A stretch of DNA of 64,000 nucleotides from Heteronotia binoei. Taxonomy: Eukaryota. The stretch covers positions 16,120,001 to 16,184,000 of the forward strand of contig NC_083234.1 of assembly GCF_032191835.1 (NCBI RefSeq). The letters are read 5' to 3'. Made by a program: the position numbers and the translations under genes. Under the pieces are notes generated by a model. The model did not search any database. It saw only the letters and a program-made list of their open reading frames with translations, and had not been told where the DNA came from. Numbering within the stretch: the stretch's first letter is position 1; each line of letters opens with the position of its first letter. Below, piece by piece: positions 1 to 11,300 of the stretch.

Positions 1-1587
1 GCTCTGGGGTCAGACACAGTGCTGCTGTCGTGGGTGTTATGTTGCTAGTTGTGTTTTGCCGTGTCCAGAACTTAGCCACCCCCCACTGAATGTTGCTGTG
101 TGAACTTCCTTTTGTGGTCGTCTTTCTAGGCAAAGCAACGCCCTGGCCTGCTCAAAGAGCTTGTTGGCCCCTTTCCCCATGGGGAAGAGGGGGCTGCAGG
201 GCGAGGAGGGGGGCTCTTGCTGCTCCATTTTGCTGTCCAGCTTTGCCTCAGCTGCTCCCCCCTTGTTTGCCCCATTTCCTGCCCCTGGAGGGGGCAAGCA
301 TCTTCTGCTTGGCTGGGGGGAGGAGAAGGAGAACAGCAGGCAGGCAGGGCTCTGGGAAGCCACCGGAGGAGCGTTCAGGGCCAGGATGGCAGCCAGTTCA
401 AGCACCATTGCCAGACCTTGTTTTCCCCACACCTTGATCTTGTTGTGGAAAAGCAGCCCCCCCCCCCCCAGCCATGCATGATTTGTTACGCCTGCTCCGG
501 CTGACCAAGCAGCTGGGGAGGGTCTTTTGGGGCAGGCTGCGTGACCCAGTCAAGCGTGTTATGGCTTGGGAATCATTTTGTGCCAGTGACAACCAAGGCA
601 AGCAAATAAAACTCTTGTGCCGAAAGATGCAGCTTTCTGTGACTCTGCTGGGAAGGGGAGGGCAGAGCTGCAAGCTGCATTCACACAAGGGAGGGATGTG
701 GGGGTGGGAGCGCCATCTTTTGTGCCAGACAAGGCATCAGGCTTGAATGAGCTCTTCCCACAGGTGTGGCAGAAGCTTGTCCCAGAAGCGAGACGTGCAG
801 AGGACTCCCCTGAGAAGGGCCTGGCCCAAGTTGAGCAGAGTGCCAGGAACTCCCCAGCCCGTCCAGCTGTGCCTCCAACGCACTTGGCAGCCTTACCCCA
901 GCGGGGCTGCTCCCTCCCTCCTTCCTCCCCCTCAGGCAACTAGGAGAGGGAGGATTGGGTGGCAGCGGCAGCCTGGCTCAGAGAGCTCTTGGAAGGATTC
1001 CAGGATGCCACGTGGAAAATGCTTTGGCAGTTAAGGGTCAAGAATGCGGCGGAGCTCTGGTGGGTGACAGCCTCGGCACCCCAGAGCCCAGCAGGGACCG
1101 GTTCTCTCTCTGGTTTGTCATTCTGTCACAAGGCAGCAGGAGCCTGCTTTTGCTGCCCACATGCAAATGGACAGCCTGGGTGCTGGAGCTGGAATCTTGT
1201 GTGGGGGGGCAGATGGAGGGCTGGCTGCAGGCCTTGTTTTTTGGGAGGCAGCTGAAGGCACAGCAGGTGTTTGAGCTCTCTGCTTTTGTTGCTATGCAAA
1301 CAGCCCTGCATGGTTGGAAACTGAGCCGCCTACGCCCAGCTGCCGCCACCCTCTGGGTCCTTCTGTGTGTGGCGGGGGGGGGGAGGCCCCATGGCTAAGC
1401 TCCACCCTGCCTCCCCCCCTTCCCAGCTCCAATTCAGAGGGAGCTAGGCCTGCTCATCAGAGAGCAAGAGAGAGGATGGTGGGGGTGGGGGGTGGGACCA
1501 GAAGGCAGCCTCCCACCCAGGGATCTGGGCAATGGATGGGGCACTTGGAGAACCTCAAGACAGACCTCACAGCTGGAACTGGAAACT

Positions 1588-1593
1588 TTTATT
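1588..1593 (-). terminator. Putative HPS4 polyadenylation signal AATAAA
   Basis: First canonical hexamer on the minus strand, ~610 nt after the stop codon. Confidence 0.55.
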
Positions 1594-2205
1594 ACATTAG
1601 TGCTCCTCCCTGCACAGGTACAAAAAGTCTGCCCCCTACAAAACATTTCCTTTCCCCTCCCATTTGCAATTCCCTCCCCCCAGGGAAAGGGCGTGTGTGC
1701 GTGAGCATGTTCTGTGTCAAACGTTTGGTATCAGCAGTCGGGACATAGAAGTCATCTGGTGCCCAACAGTGGCAGAGGTGTCCAGCGGTTAAACCTTTGG
1801 AGAGCGAGGAATGCAGCCTCTCCTAGGTTAGGGACAACCCCCCCCCCTCCACTCAGAGAGGAGGCTAGTGAGGTACAACCCAGAACTGCAGCACTGTGCA
1901 GGGGGCTTTGTGAGTGCGCGCTGGAAAGCGTCCCACCTCCAGGAGCTGTACTGTCTGCCAGTCCACAGACTCCAAGAGTTTTCTCTGGTGGGTCTGGACT
2001 CTCCCTCTCTCCTGAAGGCAGGAAGCAGCAGCCCCGCCTCCCCTCAGCAGGGAAGGCTAGCACCCTTTGCCCTTCTGGCCTGTGGCTGGGGGGAGGAGGC
2101 GGCTGCGGTTTCTTGGACAAAGGCACCAACAGGGCTGCTGCCCCCCCCCCAAGGCATCTGCCGCAGTGCTAAAAGTACCGAAGGGCCACCGGCTGGCTGG
2201 CTGGC

Positions 2206-2380
2206 TCACAGCAGCAGGTTCACACCGTGCTTCAGCAGCTTCTGCTTGGCCTTGGTGGGGAGGGTGAAGGCGTTGTCACGGGGATTGGGGGCCCCTGAAT
2301 TGCGGAGAGGGGAGCCCAGCTGCTGGAAGTAGGTCTCATGGACAGCGTTGCGGCAGGCGTACACGGCGGTGGAGGCGTTC
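2206..2380 (-). CDS. HPS4: HPS4 coding exon 13 (last), [20 protein letters not shown]...KHGVNLLL*
   Basis: Acceptor ccctcAG at 2382-2381, TGA at 2208-2206. Matches the HPS4 C-terminus. Confidence 0.95.
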
Positions 2381-5300
2381 CTGAGGGACCAGCACGGCAA
2401 CAGGCGGGGGAGAAAGAGAGGCACCATTGAAGAGCTTGGCCAGGAGACAGGAAAGGCCCAGCTGTTGCCCCAGCCACTGCTGTTCCCTCAGCCCCCCAAT
2501 ATGCAGAGCAGCCTGTGCCAGCAAGCTCTCTCTTCTTGGCCAGCGTAGAGGTCAGATCTACAGGGATGCCCTGCCTTCCCCCCCACCCCAAGCTATCCTG
2601 CCATCTCCGAGCTCTCTGGCTAGGCTGGGGGAGGAAGAATCATTCCATCCCATGTTACCACACTTGGTGTCTGCAGGCACACAGGACCTGCAGCATTAGG
2701 GAACTCCCATTTGTGTCCTGAATAAAGGTATCACAGCCAACAAGCAAGACAGCCCCCCCTCCCTCCTTGGCCCTCCTAAGGTCACCTTTACAGGCCCAGA
2801 CAGGCTTGAGGAAGGGGAGATGCTTGCAGGGGGGCTCCCAGGAGAGCAATGCCTGTCCTGAACTGGAAGTTCTCCCAGCCTTGGATGACCAGCCACTTGA
2901 TTGCTAAATGCTGTATGCTAACAAGGCAGCTATTGCAGGCGTTTCATTTCATTCTACCCTCTACTAAAGGCAGGGAAAATGCCCTGTGTTATTTCTGCTG
3001 CATTTGTGAAGGAGGCAAGACGCGATGCCTGGTGAACTGGCTTCCACCTTGAGAGTTATTCCAGAGTTCACAACCCATAACTGAGTTGCAATCTGCACAT
3101 GCTCACACTTTACAAAGTGCTTTTGCTGGCTGCCAGAGGGGAAGAGAAAGAGTATTTGAACCAGAGTCGGCGCCAGAGAAGCACAGATGATCCTAGCGGG
3201 AGGAGATTCAGTATAAGGCAGCTTCATATGTTCACCTAGGCAGGAGGGGAAGGCCAGAGCAGCTCTACTTTGGGAACCAGGAAAGACAAGAGGCTCTGCA
3301 AAGAGCTTATAAAACCCCTGGACACGACAAAGGATGACTGTCTCCCGTTTACTGCAAGCTGGACTCTACTGTGGCAGCCATGGCCATGTGCTCAAACCAG
3401 AAGGGGGAAACCAAATGCCGATTAAGGCAATGGAGGATTCCTAAGCGTTTGCATTTTCAGGACTCAAGCAGCCTATGTGTTTAGTTTTCATCATTAGTAA
3501 CATGTAATTCAGCAGCAAAACCTGCGTTTTTAGCACTTCCACTTTGATCCCTGCTCAGTCCATGGATTTGCACAGGACCTGTGTGATTTTTAGATGCTTA
3601 ACAGGCTTCCTTTCATCCTGCCTCTGTGACCCACCTGCCAGTTCCTGTGCAAGAGGACAGCAGTTCCCCCCAGAGTCCAAGCAGGTGGGTCAGTTCCCTT
3701 GGCAACCAGAGAAGCGAGGAAGATGTGGCTGCAGCATGGGATCTCCACACAGCAAAGCAGCACATGGTGTGTGTGGGGTGGCGGGGGGGGGGTGGGCTCA
3801 GGTGGAACACAAGCCTCTGTCACTGGCTTGATGCTTGCAGCTGAGGAAGAGAAACCGGGAAGGGGCGGGGCCGAGTACCCTTTTCACACCGCGTGAGCAG
3901 AAACGAACGCTGCTGCCCCCCCACGACACACCCCAGCCACCCTCAGAATCACAAGCATTATGTCTGACTTCTGGGTAAGCCAATCAGCTGGGGTTTTCTG
4001 CCACAACAACTGGAAGCACAGATGTTTGCTGGAACTGGATGCAGCTAACACAACCTAGTCAGGGCAAGAGCTGTGTGGAAGCGCCCATTCCTGTCCAATG
4101 CGGCCAGGAGACCCCAACCGGGGCTTCCACAGCATGCTGCTTGCTCGAGCATGAAAGGACCTGTGACCCAGGAACTGAGAGAGACGCCCATGAGCCATTC
4201 ATTTAGCCACCTGATGGGCCAGCTGTGGGGACTGAAGCCTGATGCTTTACTGGTGTGGGACATTTTCTTTCGGGAAAACAGAGGGGCTGACTTGATGTGG
4301 GTGAGGGGGAATTAGCAAGCTAAAGAAAGGAAGACAAAGGAAGCCTTGCTATGCCTGCCTCGCTTTTGCTCAAAACCAAGCTGTCCCCACGGGGCCTGAG
4401 CTGGCAAGCGCTTGTGAGCCACAAGGATCTGCACACAGCCCAGCCACACCAGTACCTCTGAGGCACTCCCATCTGACTCTCTTACCGGACAGTTATTTCT
4501 GATGCCAGTGGCAGCTGGTCAAAGTCCGTGTGGATCAAGCTCACAGCTCTCAGGAAGTGCTGGTCCTGGGGGCTGGCGGCTGGCAGGAAGTTAGCTGCGG
4601 AGGGAGAGGGTGGGGGTCAGTGAGCAGTGCCAGGGGCCAAGGTGGAGGGAGGCCATGGGGTGGCTTAGGGGTACTGCCAAAGCTATGTTCACATGGACAG
4701 GCAAGTCAGCAGCCGCCTCATTTCCTGGGACAGTTTGCCATTCATGTGGATTCATTCATTTCCCCAATTCGTTCCTCACCACCCCTACAAGGACTTCAGA
4801 GCAAATTTAAGCAGCTGTCAATGTGGTTCACTTGGATTTTAACAAAGATATGCATGATGCCAAGAGACGAAGCCAGAAAGTGCACCTGCTGCTCAATGCA
4901 GGTGGTTTTCACAGGGCCTGAAATAGTGCTGCACTGCATTTTCTGTAGGTTTTTATGAAGAAGAAAAAGAGGAGATTGGTTTTTACCCCGCTCTTCACTT
5001 GGGAGTCTCAGAGCAGTTTATAATCTCCTTCCTTTCCCCTCCCCTGTGAGGTAGGTGGGGCTGAGAGAGCTCGAGAGAACTGGGACCAACACAAGGTCAC
5101 CCAGCTGGCTTCATGTGGAGAAGGAGGAGTGGGGAATTCCAACCTGGTTCTCCCCGATTAGAGTTCACATTCTTAACCACTACACCAAACTGGCTCTCTA
5201 GTTGAAATCCTTATGCTATCCCTTTAAGGTAGGCCAGTAGTTTCACCCTACTGGGGCTGAAAGAGGCTGGCCAAAGTAGTAGAGTCAGCATTCGAACCCA

Positions 5301-8300
5301 GGGCTGTATGGCCCCAACCAGCTTGACTCTCCTCTACACCCAAAAAGACAGGAGGCCCCTCTCTGGCTCCAGACCTGCCCCAAAGAAATGAAAGCTGCAG
5401 GCTCTCCTGGCCTGGCTGCTCCATGAACCACCCTGCCGCGCCCCGAGCCCAGTTCTAGCCTGGCTGGGCCTGCAACGCCCTCCCCGCCTGCAGGACCAGC
5501 ACTCACTGGTGAGGACATTCTGGATTGAGTCGTAGTGTGCAAAGCCGTAGGAGCTCTTGGCAGAGGCGGGGCCATCTCTCGGAAGGGTCTCCTTGAGATG
5601 CACCTCCAAGCCGTTCAGCGAGGCCAGGCTGCTGTGATGCTGAGAGAGAGAGAGGGGGGGGGGGGTGGCAGTGCAGGAAAAACTTGGGGGTTCTGGATGC
5701 AGCTTGGGATGCCTCTCCCACCCACCAGCAGCAGGGACCAGCTCTTGAGAAGGCACTCCCAGGACCAAGTGCAGCGCCCCCCCTCCACAACCTCTGCCTG
5801 GCTGGGGCAACTGGGCCTGATTTAATCACGACTTTTCAGGCACTGTACTGCAAGCTGTGCATTTTCAATCTCTTTTTATACTGCAAATTTTAATTTTGTT
5901 TTAATGTTGAATTTCTAACGGAGCACACTCTGTGCCTGCTTTGCGGGAAGAGCAGGGTAGATAAATGCAACCCAAGAACGTAAAAGAAAGACAAGCCCAG
6001 CACAACTGGCAGCTGCTGCAGCCAGGCAAGGCAGGCCACTCCCGGCTCAGTGGCAGGCCTGGGCCACCAGGGGGAGCCAGGGAGGGAGGGAGGGAGGGGG
6101 GCAGCTGCAATGCAGCCGGGCCTTTAGGGCACCTTCGGCTCAGCAAAGGGCGGAGGGGAGGGGAGGCCAGGGCAATGAAGCGGCCTGCTCAGGCAGCAGG
6201 GAGAAGCAGAAGGCATGAGAAGGCGGAGGGGCAAGTCTGAGGCCTGGCAGGTCTCCTGCTGCTGGGAAGGCGGGGCAAAGGGAGGGCAGCATCCACCAAT
6301 GGTGACCTCCAGATTCATTGTGCAGACCCAGCCTGGGAACCTGCAGGACGGCTGCAGGGGGCCCTTCGCAAAGGCAGGGGGGTTCCTGGGGGCGGAAGGC
6401 AAAGAATCTTGGCTAACTTGGCCTCTGCTCTGACAGCATGACGGGGGGGGGAGTGCTAAGCACAAACAAAGGCATCTCTCACCACGTCCTGGATGGAGCC
6501 CTCGCTCTCCGCAAAGCACTCTTCAGCCAGGAGGGCCAGCACCAGGCCTCGGACGCGGTGGACGTACAAGACCATCCTCACCAAGGGCATTCTGCCAGGC
6601 CTGTGGGCGATGGCTGCCGACGCTGCAGCCGCTCCCCCCGGACTCCTGTGGCAAGAATGGTCTGCAGAATGGGGCAAAGAAACCCCCTCCTCTGGCTTTC
6701 CCTTGTGGGCAGAGAGTGCAGAGTGCCACCAACCCTGCTCCAGCCCCTCCAGGGGAAGGAGCACAGGAGCCCTGGGCTGGGAAAGGCCTTCCTTTGCCGC
6801 TGAGGCCCAGGAAAGACAGCTGCTGCTGGGGGGGGGGGCGGAGCCAGGGCTGAGGTCCCACCTCACTTCCCAGCATCCTTGGCAAGACCACTGGAGCTGA
6901 GGGCTGCCAGTCAGAACATCCAGGGGAAAACCTTCTGCAGCCTGGAGGCCAGGGGGTGTTCAGATCCAGCCCTTGACTTAAGTGGCTGGATTTAGGGGAC
7001 CAGATCACTGCCTGAGGCCAACGCGTTCAGTCATGCCCTGCTTTTCTCCCCAAATGGAGACAAAACAGCTCAGAAACTGAGCACTTAGAAGTACTTGAAA
7101 GGCTGTCACATAGAGGATGGTGCAGAATTGTTTTCTGTTGTCTCAGAAGATGGGACCAGAACCAACAGGTTGAAACTAAATCAAAAGAGTTTTCAGATAA
7201 GCATCAGGAAGAGCTTCCTGACAGTTAAGAGCAGTTCCTCAGTGGAACAGGCTTCCTCCTTGGGAGGTGGTGGGCTCTCCTTCCTTGGAGGTTTTCAATG
7301 GAGGCTCGATGGCCACCTGGCAGCACTGCTGATTCTGTGAATGAGGCAGGTCATGAGAAGGAGGGCAGAAGGGCTGCGTCAGTGCTTAGTTCTCATGGCC
7401 CTTTTCCTACACGCCCAGGCAACTATTTTTCTCCAGGCCAGTTTGGCAAGGGATCCTGGAGGGTTTGTTTTCTTTTGCCATCTTCTGGGAATGCAGCAGG
7501 GGTCGCTGGGGATGTATGTGTGTGCGGGAGGTGTTTGTGAATTTCCTGCATTGTGCAGAGGGTCAGACTAGATGACTCTGAGGATCCCTTCAAACTGTAT
7601 GATTCTATCATTCTCCTTTCCTCCAACTTTACTCTGGCAAGGGGGGATTTGAACCTGGGTCTCCCAGGATCCTAGCCAGAAACTCTCTTACTGTGCCATG
7701 ACAGCACACTCCCCCTCCCCAGTTCATAACCTCTGAGCTGAATCCTGGGTACGACCGGGGGTGGGCCTGAAGGGAGCAACAGAAGCCAAGAGCAGGGAAT
7801 CTCCGCAGGGCATTAGTCGTCCCCCCCTTACCTGGCCATCCACTCCAGGGGGAAGTCCCGCAAGGCAGCTGCTTCTTTTTCTAAGAGGTAAACTGGGGTG
7901 ATCTGGACCCCCTGCGGCAAACAGGAAGCTTCAGGGGGCAGCTGGATGCTTTCTGGGGAAAGGAAGAACAAAGGGCCAGAAAACAGTAGCATAAAGTAGC
8001 CAGACATAACATTTCTGCAGCTTCCCTTTACCCTTGCAGGCATTTGCTTCTTCATGCACTGGAGTGAGGGGGGAAGCATGCCCCCCACCCCAGGCTCCCC
8101 ATTCCTCTCGTACTGGTCTGTGCAGAACGACAGAGCTTCCTCGTTGCGGGGTGGGAGTGGGGTTTCTGCAGCAAAACATCCCCGCTGGAACGCATTCCTG
8201 GCATGAGCACCACTTCTCTGCATGGAACGCCTCTGAGTGTGGCCTGCGCTGAGAGCAGAGCTACTGAGGGCACAGCAGAGGCCGCAAAACCCATGAGGAA

Positions 8301-11300
8301 GGCCTCCAGTCCCTGTGCAGCCGGCTGCAAAGCACAGAGCCCAGGGAGGAGTCAGAAAGACCGCAGGAGCCCTGCCCAACCCTCCTTCGGGCACTTGAAT
8401 CTCTCTGGGGGGAGGGGAGACTGTGACCTTCCGCGTGGCCAGAATGCACCCAGCAATCAGTCTCTCTGGAAATGCAGCCCATCTCCCTCCTGCACCCATG
8501 GTAGCTAACCCCACAAAGCCTGCCCATCCCGCCCTCACCTCGGAGCGGGCACAAGGGCAAACTGCTCTCCGTCCCTGGAAGTGAGGGAAGGATGTAGAGC
8601 CTTTTGAGCCTACAGGAGTCTTTGGAATCTGATGAAAGAGTGGCGGGCAAGACACAGCCAGCACGTTTTAGGCACAAGCTCTGCCTAACAGGACGTCTTT
8701 TGAAATGAAGATCCCTTGCATGCATGCGGCTCCCTGTAGATCCTTGTGCTGTGGAGGCAGCAGCTGCCAAAACAACTTCTAAAACATTCATTCAGGCAGC
8801 CAGATCTCCAATGACCAATCAGAAGCCCTGCTGGGGACAAAACCCAACTGGCCCCGCCCACATTCTCAACACACAAGAAAGGTGCAGGCAGCAGCCATGG
8901 GCAGTGGAGACGGCTGCAGGCACAACCAACCTCCAGTGGGGGAGGAGTCTGCCTTCCCAGGAGGTGATGCCCCCGCTGCCCTCCCCCCGCTTACCCTGCT
9001 CCTGTGGCTGGACTCCATTTGCTGGCGGGCCCTGAAAGAGAAAGGAGCCCCCAGAGTCACCTGGATCGGCTGAGCTGCCCGCAGGGTCCCCCCCCGCCCC
9101 CCCAAGCCTGGCCTCTCTGGTGCTCCCCTGCCCAAGCCAGGCCTCCTTCATAACTGGCTGGCCTCTCCTCGGCCACTGGCACTTGGCCTCTAAACCTTCA
9201 ACTCCTCCCACCCCGGGCTTAAAAACGACAGCCACAGGTGCACCCGTCCAAAGATGACTGCATGACTATCTTCTGGCTTCTGTTCCTTTAAAGTCTGGGG
9301 TTACAGTTTCCTAATTTCTTCCAACTGATGCCCCAAAAGCCCTGGACTGGGAGGAAGGAGGAAGAACAACTGGGAATTTCCCAGAGAAATGAAGCAACCA
9401 ACATCGTGCTAATCACACATTCCTGCATTAGAAAGAGAGAGAGGCAAGGCGATGGCTGTGGATGCCCTCTTGCTTTGAAGCCAGTCACCAGACCAGGGGA
9501 CCCAGCGGGGGCATGGCCAGGTTCTGCACTGGCTGCCTTCCAGCTTCCCTGCACGCCCCTCTGCTGAGCTGGCACCTACCTTGGGGTCTGCCTCTTGCAG
9601 CAGAACCTTGGCAGTGAGGCTGGGTGGCAGCTGCGTGCTGACAACCCTGCGGAGAGAGGATGGTTGGATGGACACGCTTCCTCCAGCGGGAGGGGGCATT
9701 TCTTGCGAGCAAGAGAGCTCAAAGCCCAGGCAATGCACTTCAGAGATGGCTTACATCACACGGGGAGCGGTCCACACCAGTGTTCCCTCTAAGCTGAGTT
9801 AGTGTGAGCTAGCTCACAGATTTTAAGCCTCCAGCTCACACATTTGTGTCTTCGCCCAGGAAAAATGCCCCCAAAGCAAACTAATTGATGCAGTAGCTCA
9901 CAAGTTTAATGCCAGTAGCTCATAAAGTAGAATTTTTGCTCCCAAGACTCCGCAGCTTGGAGGGAGTATTGGTCCATAACCACAAGACCATATGCTGAAT
10001 GAAGAGCACTCCCTCCCCAAGTCCTCTTGCAGGCCATAGAGATGAATAGACATGGCTCTGGTCAGAACATGAACACCCATGGAGTTGCCTTCCACTGAGC
10101 CACACCAGTGACCATCAGGTAAGCAATGTCTACTCAGATGAGCAGCGACTCTCTGGGGCCTCAGGTGGAGGACTTTTGCATCACCTACCACCGAGTCCTT
10201 TCACTGAACCTGAGGCTTTTCTGCAGGCCAAGCAGATGCTCCCCCCCTCCCGAGCCTCAGCCCCTCCCTCCCTCCCTCTTTTGAAGTGCAAGCACAGCGT
10301 AGAGGGAGGATTGCCAGTCATTCAGATTCCCTCTTCCAACTCCCCTGCAATCTGGCCAGCAATCCAAAGCCAGGCACAGAGGAGGGAAGGAAGCAAAGGT
10401 AGTTATGTGGATCCAAGACTGTACGTAGACTCATAGAGTTGGAAGGGATCTCCTGGGTCATCTAGTCCAACCCCCTGCACAATGCAGGAAACTCACAAAT
10501 ACCTCCCCCTAAATTCACAAGATCTTCATTGCTGTCAGATGGCCATCTAGTCTCTGTTAAAACCTCCAAGGAAGGAGAGCCCACCACCTCCTGAGGAAGC
10601 CTGTTCCACTGAGGAACCGCTCTAATGATCAGGAATCCTAGAATCATAGAGTTGGAAGGGATCTCCTGGGTCATCTAGTCCAACCCCCTGCACAATGCAG
10701 GAAACTCACAAACACCTCCCCCTAAATTCACAGGATCCTCGTTGCTGTCAGATGGCCATCTAGCCTCTGTTTCAAAACCTCCAAGGAAGGAGAGCCCACC
10801 ACCTCCCGAGGAGGAAGCCTGTTCCACTGAGGAACGGGGATTCATAACTTACCACAACTGGATTCGTAACATATCACCTTCCTCCAGGGGCTTCTTGCTT
10901 GTGGAGAGGCCAGAGGTGGCAGAGAGAAGGGACCACATGTAGGCCCTGGCCTCTCCATCTCCCAAATTGGTCTCAGGCAGCCAGCACAACACTCAACAGC
11001 AGGGGCCAGAGCCTGGCCCCAGAAGAAAGCAGCGTCTCAAGCCTCAGTGAGAGGCAGGTCACCCCACAGCAGCACAGTCCCGGTTTCTAGGCCCTTCAAC
11101 CCCAGTACTCACAGCCCCTTGTAAAGAATGCAGCCAGCCAGCACGTGGAGGGCACGCTGGCACGTCTGGAGGATCAGGGCTGCTTTCAGCAGCAGCAGCG
11201 GATCCACCTGGACAAGAAGACAAGGAGACTTAGGACTTGGGCAGTGCCATGGCAGAGAAGAGCCAGGGGAGGTGAGTCAGTCCCGCCAGGCATTACTTTG

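Noticed and set aside
1-2200. ASPHD2 coding sequence expected by synteny; ORFs of 90-150 aa
   Set aside because: No recognisable ASPHD2 peptide is present. The region is probably HPS4 3' UTR plus intergenic or neighbouring UTR. The AATAAA at 605-610 cannot be assigned.
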